Below, piece by piece: positions 12,701-21,600 of a DNA stretch of 64,000 nucleotides (position 1 is the first letter of the stretch; the number at the start of each line of letters is the position of its first letter). This DNA comes from Phoronis australis (Eukaryota; Animalia; Phoronida). Both the position numbers and the translations under genes were made by a program. The stretch is from assembly GCA_002633005.1 (NCBI GenBank), contig NMRA01000610.1, forward strand, positions 85,533 through 149,532, read 5' to 3'. The notes beneath the pieces were generated by a model that saw only the letters and a list, made by a program, of their open reading frames with translations, searched no databases and was not told the DNA's origin.

Positions 12701-15700
12701 TTATGGCCACGATACCTTATGGCCACGATACCTTATGGCCACGATACCTTATGGCCACGATACCTTATGGCCACGATACCTTATGGCCACGATACCTTAT
12801 GGCCACGATACCTTATGGCCACGATACCTTATGGCCACGATACCTTATGGCCACGATACCTTATGGCCACGATACCTTATGGCCACGATACCTTATGGCC
12901 ACGATACCTTATGGCCACGATACCTTATGGCCACGATACCTTATGGCCACGATACCTTATGGCCACGATACCTTATGGCCACGATACCTTATGGCCACGA
13001 TACCTTATGGCCACGATACCTTATGGCCACGATACCTTATGGCCACGATACCTTATGGCCACGATACCTTATGGCCACGATACCTTATGGCCACGATACC
13101 TTATGGCCACGATACCTTATGGCCACGATACCTTATGGCCACGATACCTTATGGCCACGATACCTTATGGCCACGATACCTTATGGCCACGATACCTTAT
13201 GGCCACGATACCTTATGGCCACAATAATTGATGGCCACAATACTTTATGGCCACAATACTTTATGGCTACAATATTTTTATGGCTACAATACTTTATGGC
13301 TACAATACTTTATGGCTACAATATTTCATGGCTACAATACTTAATGGTTGTTTTTATGATTCTTTAACGTTATTATGACTTGAATTTCTTGTGACAACTC
13401 CTGACATTTCACATCTAAAATTCATCCTCTATGGTCTCAAGCATCTCAATTTATTGTTTGTTTTGTGGTGCACCTGACAATTTACTATCTTTTATTTGTT
13501 ATACTAGTTGGGACAATAGCCATATGTGTGAATTCCAATATCTACTAATTGAAGCATTTTCGCGTGACATAATCTTACTGTTTCTTCAGTTTTACCATAT
13601 TGTCATGAACGGACTTTATTGCCTGTAGTTGACATGTGGTTGATGCACTCTTGACTACACGCCATGTTCAACTGGACATGTACTGCAGAGTCATCCAAAA
13701 AAATTAACATATTACTAATATGTACAATGTGTTCTACCGAGCTGAAGTATTATAACCATAATGTGAAGTACAAAAACTATGTAGTTTTTACACCGTTTTT
13801 GGTATCCCGCAAACGTGTTCAATTAGTTGGATAGTAAATTCACAGTGAGCTGAATCAAATGCATCTAGAAGTGGGGCCTGTAAGACGGTGTCCAGTCATG
13901 AAACATCGCACTGAGCACTCAAAGCACAGACAGCTGCCTGACTAGAAATAGCAACAGGTACACTGGATGCAGGGAATTAAGACCTATCACCCACATTTTT
14001 GTGTACAGACTTTTCCTCTTTAAGATTATTTACTCTTTTTTAGTTTCAATTTCCTCTTACTTGATTTTTAGTTTCCTCTTTTTTCGTCTCTTTTTATCAT
14101 TATTTTGACTTGATTCATACAGAAACATTTATTTTAGTTAAATTTTAAAAACTAACAATATTTCTATCCCACTACCCTATTTCCATCCCCCTACCCTATT
14201 TATTTGAGGAACGATATATCACCTGGAAACTTCCTATTTTTTCTCATTGCTCATTCCAAGCCCTGTGTGTGGCGTAGTATCATGAAAGAGTTCTGCAAAC
14301 TCCTACATTATTATTATTATTATCATTATTATTGTTATTATTATTATTATTTGTTATTAAGTTCTCATTGATTATTTTTTGTTCTTTGAAACTGAACTTT
14401 GATCGTCATTCCACTTAGTCAAGTGAATCACAGATTGTACCTATGTTCAGCACCTGGTGACCTATGCTCCGTCTTCAACTATTGATTTTAATCAGTTTTT
14501 TCCGTCTACCTACTTTCTTCATTATTTATTTAATAAGCAGCCGGGAGTTAAGTATTTTGTTGGCCTCACGTGCATGATTGAACACTCTGCCTAAAGATTT
14601 CAGTTTGAAAACCTGTCTTGTTGTTTTTCAGTTAATGAGATACAAAATTGCCAAGTCTGCACGAGACTGCTCCATTATGATAACGCTGAGAGCGACATGC
14701 AATGGGTTTGTTATCCTTTGAGCTTGCTAGTGTCTAATCATCCGTTCATAGGAAAATATAATATAACCCATGTGCACAGTGGTTTTGTATTAAGATTAAA
14801 AGATTTTAAATGCTAAATGCGAGTTTTAAAGACTACATTAAGTGTTTCACTGTTGAAATGTGCTTAATCTGTCCATGATCTCTCCAATTGCATCACTTAC
14901 TAAATATTGGTGTTGCCAACTTTTAACATATTGGCGTGACTACTTCCCACAGGTAATGCATACGGGCAAAATTTACCGTTACAAAGACATCCGTTTCCCG
15001 ATTCCAAACAAGGGATTAATGCAGAAGTCCATGGAAGCTCCGTAGAAGTGGAAACCCCCCCCCCCCTTTCGAAAGTGTGGTAGTCTTATTTTCCAGCTAC
15101 ACGCCCTTGTAAAAATAGTTCCGTACCCCCTCCCCCTCCCATCATTGTGCACGTTTTGGACAACTGCACAATTTTGCATGATTAGGAACAGAATATGCGA
15201 GAAATGAAGTTTATTGTCATATAGGGTCTTATTGTCATACAGGGTCTTATTTACCTAAACATCATTCAACAAGGAATGGACTCACCGGAGACAGCCCAAG
15301 AGTTGTTATCTCTGCGGCGAAGGATGTTAAAGATGAGACTCCGATGAGTTGCCAGCAGTCACTGGTACGGTGCGCGGCTTTAGACGCTCTGCGGCTGGGT
15401 TAAAGATCTTTTATAGGCCTAACTATGCCCAATTCCCGTACCAGGATGAATTTCAAAAATAACTTGACTTGGCTGCGTCAGATGTGACATGCGACGTTGA
15501 TGTTGAAATTGCGCCATATTTTTTATGTTGATTTCCTTTGTTGGTTTATAGTTCATATATTGCAATGTAGGCATCCAGGGGAGGCTTGGATGTACTTGTG
15601 ACTATAGAGTCTTCAAAATTTATCCATTCCCATGCTGACGATTTAACACAGCATGTGTAATGACCATGGTGTTCAATGACTGCTTTTATTTTATAGCCGG

Positions 15701-16775
15701 AGAGATCATAGGGGGAAATCTTTGTGTTGATTTTTTCACCATTAGTCGAGGTTCGTAAGATATGAATACAAAGGTATTTTGGCGGTTTTACTAATGACCA
15801 TGTGAGCTGGCCACTGAGACTATTACAGTGTGGGCAACTAAAGTCCTCGATGTCCAAAGACGTCCACAAGCTGTGCCACAACTCCTGCATAGTTATTTCT
15901 TTCTTAAGCGTTGGGAGGTAGACGGTCAACTCCCAGTCTATCTGTGTTTTTCATACAGGGTCTTATTGTCACACAGGGTCTTATTGTCACACAGGGTCTT
16001 ATTGTCACACAGGGTCTTATTGTCACACAGGGTCTTATTGTCATACAGGGTCTTATTGTCATACAGGGTCTTATTGTCATACAGGGTCTTATTGACTTCT
16101 CAGTGTATTTAGCCACATGTCTACAAAACTCATTTTGACTCACTGAAAGTAGACGTTTTCAAAGTAGAAAATCTGTGGAATTTGATTTTTGACTTTTTGT
16201 CAATTTACTATTATTTGAATCACATGACTATTTCGTTTTAGTAAAATTTAGCAAAAAAAGAAACTAAGGTACATCCATTACAAAACAATGGCATCAATAA
16301 CATTGATTAAATTTCATTCCATATATAAAGTGTTTAAGATGAAATCTCAAACAAAGTGTTAATGTTTTCCAAATTATCATTTCGTTTTTTGCAAGTTATG
16401 AGTTTTTTCATAGAAAATCTAAAAGTCTTATTTTTGAGAGGTCCCCATCCAAAAATGGAAACTTTTAAAAACAATTCCTCACGTCAAAATTTCCATACGA
16501 ATCCGATCAGCCATTTCTAAGATATGATGTTCTGAAATGTGAAAAATTTGGCCGTTTTTCGAGGTCCTACACTTAACTGTACATAATCCTAATGTTCTCT
16601 CGTATTCTCTTCCAGCTCAAGTGACCTGCCCACTCTTACAAGCCAAGGTGGTAAATGCTTCGCATTTAAAGTGACACTGTTCGATCTAGATCCAAAGCCA
16701 TTCAGTAAACTGCCGGAATATATCGAGCTGGAAAAGACTTTAACTGAACTAGGAAATAATGACATAGACTCGTGA
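713..16775 (+). CDS. IPPK: Inositol-pentakisphosphate 2-kinase gene, 5'-partial (upstream exons lie before the window)
   Basis: GT-AG exons join in frame: 713-793, 1298-1356, 2962-3129, 4399-4478 (copy 9099-9178), 5601-5736 (copy 10252-10387), 11722-11827, 14632-14705, 16616-16775. Translation contains IPK1-family motifs PKSG..VCQYCLHQ, SKYCPVELFSG, PQNNLSIF, SARDCSIMI and DLDPKP. Confidence 0.93.
1298..1356 (+). CDS. IPPK: IPPK exon (VRNGKYKRKSKYCPVELFSG)
   Basis: aacag/gtaag boundaries, 59 nt, phase 0/2; YCPxxLxSG motif. Confidence 0.9.
2800..2903. repeat. ~100-bp palindromic (foldback) element; further copies ~6883-6991 and ~11537-11639
   Basis: GGATATAACATGCC..ATTTTGAGAACCAG / CTGGTTCTCAAAAT..GGCACGGTATATCC arms. 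Confidence 0.75.
2962..3129 (+). CDS. IPPK: IPPK exon (QRDRMKDALLGLLETPQNNLSIF...)
   Basis: aacag/gtaag boundaries, 168 nt, phase 2/2; QNNL motif. Confidence 0.9.
4399..4478 (+). CDS. IPPK: IPPK exon, copy A (SLSSLADLLIQALLSVPDNKSNVSLNRG)
   Basis: tgcag/gtaaa boundaries, 80 nt, phase 2/1, fits the neighbouring exons. Confidence 0.75.
5601..5736 (+). CDS. IPPK: IPPK exon, copy A (DTTLPPGCVLHRLLQLQM...LESNPTDR)
   Basis: tag/gtac boundaries, 136 nt, phase 1/2; LPxGCxL..LQxQM motif. Confidence 0.85.
7023..7257 (+). mobile_element. Left end of a probable Tc1/mariner-type insertion at a TA, running into the gap
   Basis: Copy A reads GCAAAAGTA-TACACCGGTGACCTAAAGTCGTGA where copy B continues GCAAAAGTA-CTGC; CCTAAAGTCGTGA is repeated internally near 7229. 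Confidence 0.5.
7258..7461. other. Assembly gap (204 N)
   Basis: Run of n; single-n joins also at 12398, 40203, 41202, 57409, 63972. Confidence 1.
7462..8752 (+). mobile_element. Non-autonomous Helitron/Helentron-like repeat with ~130-175 bp internal subrepeats (shorter copy 3443-4047; related inverted segment ~54990-55330)
   Basis: Recurring ...GCRCCNCCTAGTGG subunits; 3' end has a hairpin (TGCAGTGCAT..ATGCTCTGC) followed by CTTGTT. Superfamily is inferred. Confidence 0.55.
9099..9178 (+). CDS. IPPK: IPPK exon, copy B of 4399-4478
   Basis: Two differences from copy A (one synonymous, one V>I); splice sites intact. Confidence 0.7.
10252..10387 (+). CDS. IPPK: IPPK exon, copy B of 5601-5736
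   Basis: Two synonymous differences from copy A; splice sites intact. Confidence 0.8.
11722..11827 (+). CDS. IPPK: IPPK exon (TRYGVVSDHYDSSFL...DDSAGFAASQ)
   Basis: ttcag/gtgagt boundaries, 106 nt, phase 2/0. Confidence 0.82.
12300..13347. repeat. 16-bp minisatellite, ~65 copies (core ATGGCCACGATACCTT; edge variant ATGGCYACAATACTTT), in an IPPK intron
   Basis: Directly visible; ~51 perfect core units at 12399-13221. Confidence 0.98.
14307..14359. repeat. Imperfect (TTA)n microsatellite
   Basis: Directly visible. Confidence 0.9.
14632..14705 (+). CDS. IPPK: IPPK exon (LMRYKIAKSARDCSIMITLRATCNG)
   Basis: tttcag/gtttg boundaries, 74 nt, phase 0/2; catalytic DCSIMI motif. Confidence 0.92.
15409..15415 (-). 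promoter_or_regulatory. Candidate TATA box (CCTATAAAAG) downstream of the USP fragment
   Basis: Consensus TATAAAAG on the - strand followed by a GC-richer stretch and a CCG|GTGAGT donor at 15285; motif match only. Confidence 0.35.
15546..15950 (-). pseudogene. 5'-truncated ubiquitin-specific protease (peptidase C19) C-terminal half, intronless, antisense in the last IPPK intron
   Basis: CPHC zinc knuckle, PPKYLCIHILR, His-box YKIKAVIEHHG-HYTCCVK, WINFEDSIV, AYIAIYE; no Cys-box; frame is cut by TGA at the 18-bp repeat array. Confidence 0.75.
15951..16094. repeat. 18-bp minisatellite, 8 copies (TCAYACAGGGTCTTATTG)
   Basis: Directly visible; same unit recurs about 2.3 times at 15210-15252. Confidence 0.95.
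16616..16775 (+). CDS. IPPK: IPPK last coding exon (...FKVTLFDLDPKPFSKLPEYIELEK...DS*)
   Basis: tccag acceptor, 160 nt ending in TGA; DLDxK motif. Confidence 0.92.
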
Positions 16776-17074
16776 CACAGTACCAACGGGGAATACAGCT
16801 TGACTTTTTAGTGTTCCTTGGACATAAATAGTTAATGCAACCTGTGGAAATGCAGACCGTTAGGTTCTGATGATCACAGATCAATTATAGTAAAAAGCTT
16901 AGTAAAATCAAAGCTGTACAGGGCTCGATTTTGTGACCTGCATGTCTGCTATGCAAACTCACATTTAAAATAATGCAGGCGGTTCCCGTTGTACCAGACA
17001 TGCGCAAGCCGCTCAGATGGGCCCATTCCACTGATCACCTGGAACCATTTTTATGCTTTATTATTGTATAGATA

Positions 17075-17191
17075 AAACCGAGCTGAGGAGCTACATACCA
17101 GACTCAAGGGTCTAGCAGTGTGCCCCAGTTGGACTTGAACCACCGACCTTGAGTAAAGAAGCAGACACCTATCCCACTGGGCCACATTGCC
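17075..17191 (-). mobile_element. tRNA-derived SINE head in the IPPK/CLIC 3' interval
   Basis: Minus strand GGCAATGTGGCCCAGTGG (A box) ... GGTTCAAGTCC (B box); no good acceptor stem, so not a tRNA gene. Confidence 0.7.
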
Positions 17192-18465
17192 TACTCTGTC
17201 TCAGATTTTTGGTGACCTGGTAAAAATCTCAAGTGGCCACAATTTCGTTGGATTGTTTGCAAGTTACAACCAAGTTGGAAGAGGTCTTGACTTCATTATT
17301 CTGGTATAAGGTGACTTCTAACTTGAAAATTATTTTCTCCTCAAAATGTTTTCGTTGTTTCCCGTGTTCTGTTTATTTCATGAACTCAGTATAACTGCCA
17401 ACCTCAGCACAGGGTGCGATTTTATTTGGTAAGCTCATTGGCAAGCTGGGAATTTTGCCATGCTGTTTTTTTTGCGAGTGGCCTTATGGTATGCGTCAAG
17501 CCTTGATGTGGTACAATATTCACAGTTCTTGGATAAGCCAGTTTGCATGTTTATTTGGCGTGGTGCTTTAATGCTTTTAAACTAACGGAATGTTGTTGAA
17601 AATAAACATCATCTGATATCATTACCCTTTTGTTTTGCCCAACGATGGTAATTGTGGACAAACAAATAACAGGATATGGGTTGTATATTTCCTAGGGCAA
17701 ACTAACATATGGCGAAACCTCAGCCAATGAAGAATTAAGTAGCTAAAAGGTGGTTAGTACTTGATCACTCCTGAGATTTAAAGTGGATATGTGAATTTTC
17801 CAGTCGTTTCCAGTCACGTTGCATAAACATGTTTTTTCGCATGCCCACACCACGTCAAGGTACACGTCAACGTACCTGCTCTCATCTCAAATACCACCCC
17901 CGTCAATTAGCGGCCAGTCATTGATTCAACCTTGTTAATAGACCGATCTGAACGTTGAATTTCCATGTTCATTTTGTAAAATATTGACCATACGTTTCAA
18001 CTTCCGCAAGCTTGTTGCTCTGTGTTTTGCTCCCTTGTGGGGTTGAGAGCCTACAATAGGTAGTTTCATGAAGAGTTAGGGTTGTAGATGCATGTGTTTC
18101 TTCCTGGACAACCGCTTTAATATGTTACTAACTGCTTTAAACCAGTTCTGGTAATTGTATATTTTATTGTCTACCAGCCTCAACCAACTGTCATTTCTTA
18201 ATATTTTCAACAAACAGAACTAAGTTGCTCCCTCTGTCACTTAATTTATTACACATTACATGTACCACTATCCCTAGGCCTATCAAATACTAAGAACGAC
18301 TGGTGTTGTAGGCAATTTCGCAAAGCACATTTTCTTCAGTGTACATTTCTTGCTGTTGTCAAAATGGTACACAAAACCAGTTTTACACATCTACTACATA
18401 ATTCTTATTTACACGTTTATACACGAAAATGTCCATCCCCTGGGAAACAGCGCGAGCAATCGCGT

Positions 18466-18660
18466 CTATGGAACACTCTTTGTGTAGCTGAAGTCACGCA
18501 ACCTGTCCACGCTGACTCGCCGGTGAGCCTTGGTTTCGTAGTGAAGGACAATGTCTTCGTCACTCGGAATAGTACTGTTGAACTCTTCCGTATCGTACAT
18601 AGCAGCCATGTACGCCCAAAGATGACTCAGGCTTGCTGGTATCTCAAATTCTCTGTAGGC
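18466..18660 (-). CDS. CLIC: CLIC last coding exon (AYREFEIP...YTKSVP*)
   Basis: ttcag acceptor, 195 nt ending in TAG. Confidence 0.93.
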   Translation of the reverse strand, partial: AYREFEIPASLSHLWAYMAAMYDTEEFNSTIPSDEDIVLHYETKAHRRVSVDRLRDFSYTKSVP

Positions 18661-21600
18661 CTGAAATGGAAAGGATGGTTGGGATTATACTATACTTTAT
18701 GACTCAGTTGGCGTAATTCCCATATGCCGGCCCCGTTAGCAGATCTAGGATGACGCAAGGGCGCCAATCAAAACTTCGAAGGAAAAACCGCGGTTCCCAT
18801 TAATACGGCGTCCCACCTCGTCCGCCCGCGTCCCGTTGTTCGCCTCACGGCTGTTTCCAACAACGCAAAGCAGTTGAGTAAAAGTTGAATGTAAATGATA
18901 CGCTTTAAAGATATTTTTAGTTTTCAAAAACGTTCTCTGGCGGTCGGTGCACCGATCAAATGGCCACCGACGTCATTGAAGCCAATCTTCACTATCAACA
19001 AAATTGGAAAATCAAGAGTAAAAAACTTCGTACAGGACGTTAATGTGCAGAATATTCCAACTGTTAGTGTAACCACTGGTGAATTTCTAACATCGACTGT
19101 AACAACACAAATACATACATACTGTAGCCTAATGTGCACAACGCTCTTATTTTTGAGGCCGGATGTTACGGTGAATACAAAGGAAATGACGTGATCTTAT
19201 TCATTATGGTGGTATAAGATGTTTTAAAACTCTATGTCGGTGTTGTATATTATTGTTACGCCGTGTGGTGCATTCCATAAAAATGCCGCAGTTGATTTTA
19301 TGCTTTCATAACTGGAAGACCATGTCTCGTATGAAACTAAAGAGATATCAGACACGTGGCAGCACGTGGGTATCCGAGTTCCGAGAAAACTTGCAGTGTA
19401 AATCGCTCATATAGTCACTATGTGTAACAATTAAATTTAAAATGCTACTAAATAGCCGGAAATTTATATTTAACTGATTCTTTAACTAGACAATGATCTA
19501 TTTGTAAACATGAATTTGCAACGAACAACGCTACCCCACTGGGGCTTACCTTTCCCGCAACTCTTATATGCTGAAGACGTGGCATAAGGAAGCAGTCGGC
19601 GAACGACAGCGTGTCGCCGCACAAGAACTTCGTGCCCTGCTGCTGCAGGAAACCGTCAATGTTCGCTAGATCTTTTACCAGATGCTTGTCGTCTTTGCTG
19701 GAGTTTTGTATAAACGCGTTGAAGTCCTACAAGAAAGCCAGTCAAAGATTTTTCTCAAACGTTAAAGTTAGGACCAATTTCAAACCTCCTGGCAGATTAA
19801 AGTAATTGAAACTGGTCACTCAGTAACACGACATTGTCAATTCGCTAAGCTACCGCGATGGGTTTAGCCCTCTGTTCACCGGCTTCTATGTCCCCCGTTC
19901 CTATATTCCCAACTGATGTTGCCCCGTCCCTATGTTCCCCCATCCTTGTGTTCTCCCGTCCCGGGCGTGTTCCCCCGACCCTATTTTCCCAACCGATGCC
20001 CTCCCCCCCACCCCCGGTCGATGTTCCCCCTACTTAGTAATAAAATGTCTACGTTTAAATGATGATAATTTGGATCTAAGCAATATGACTGTTAGATGTC
20101 AGCATAAAAATACCTTTTCTCTTGTGGAGTTAAAATCACATGTTAAAATGTTTATGATTCCTGGACTCCACACGCGCTTTACAGCCGTAGGTCATCAATT
20201 TTAATTAGCAGTAGATTACTAATTAACACAAAGAAAATAGGGGTAGCTCCACGGGAACACCAAGGTGTAACACGGGGACGAAGGAACATGGGGCCGGAGC
20301 AATATAGGGACGAAGGAACATCGCTCAGTAGGCTACAAGCTTCGTCCGTTTTCTTACTAACAAACCTTGTAAACATTATCGAAATGGGACATGGCGTTTT
20401 GACATCTCTTGTCTTGACCCTGAAGCAGTGGTACCGTGGAGTTGATGCTCTCGTAGAACTGTTCAACTTCGTCGAATGAATCAGCTACCAGATTGGCTAT
20501 GTCTTGGCCACGTACATCCTTTCCTGAAAACCAAGAATTGCCGTGGAAAAACCGAAGTCATTACATTATCCCTAACCCCCGCGCACAAGCCGCTTGTTTA
20601 CTTCAAGTAGGTCCCTGTAGGGACAAAACCAACGAAACGCCCTCCGAGTCGGCACGCCTATTTCAGGAACTGCGCGGATTTTTACCTTTCACGAAGTCAT
20701 GATCCACGATTTGTCAGTGCAAAGCATTATCATGTTAAAGGAAGGATACTTTTTTCAAGGAAGTTCTCAAAAAGGTTTCTTCTTTAATCGTATGTGAGGT
20801 CCGAGTCACTTTGTCTGTTCACCCTAAAATGATCCAGCGCGGTTCTCCGTCAAAATACATTCGTTGGTAGACTGGGAATAATATATTAGGGCTAGTCCTC
20901 GGCTACATTTATGCATTCTGAAATATTGGGGTCTTCAAGAACTTTCCCATTTTTGGTTACTTTTTAAATCTAGCCGACAAATTATTTGACTCCGTAGAAA
21001 TGAACTTCTTGTATAACACGTACCACTTATGCCGATAACGACCGGGAACACTTTCCCGCGGGTCTTCTCCTTGAATGACTCTGGCAGAGGTCTCTGGGTG
21101 TCTATCGTGATCACTTTGAATCGAGCAGCATCGTTAACCGCTAGATGGCAGCTGAGTAGCAGGTACTGGTGACAAATGGGACAGGAGCCCCTCTTGTTGG
21201 CGTCAATAAATGAAGACTGAAAACAATCCGAAATGTCAATTAGGAATAGTCTTCGTTGATTGATATGGAAATTGTCCAAAAAAGAAGATTCCGGCGATAC
21301 CGGCCGGGCATCGACCGTTGATCTATTTTATTTTTGGTAACATTCAACTTCAAGGTAACACTTTTTTCCTCAGCGACACGAACAGGTGTCAGTGCACGTT
21401 TGTGTAATTTTCTAAGACTTGTTGAATTTGAAGGTCCAAACAATTGATTAGTTCTCACATCCCTAAATCAATAAAGCTTTTGTAACCTCATCTCACTTGT
21501 TGCGGGCTTAGGCCTTGATGAGTATAGGATCTACCTGTAAACTTTGCTAGTGGACGACCCGGTATCCGCCAAAGCCGTGGAGACATCATTATTCCTCGAC

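Noticed and set aside
12222-13367. Three overlapping 309-381 aa ORFs
   Set aside because: By-product of a stop-free 16-bp repeat inside an IPPK intron; no non-repeat coding context.
12300-16094. Repeat arrays as CRISPR-like loci
   Set aside because: Units are head-to-tail with no unique spacers, there are no cas genes, and the context is eukaryotic.
17118-17191. tRNA gene
   Set aside because: A and B boxes are present but the acceptor and anticodon stems pair poorly and there is no T-run terminator; treated as a SINE head.
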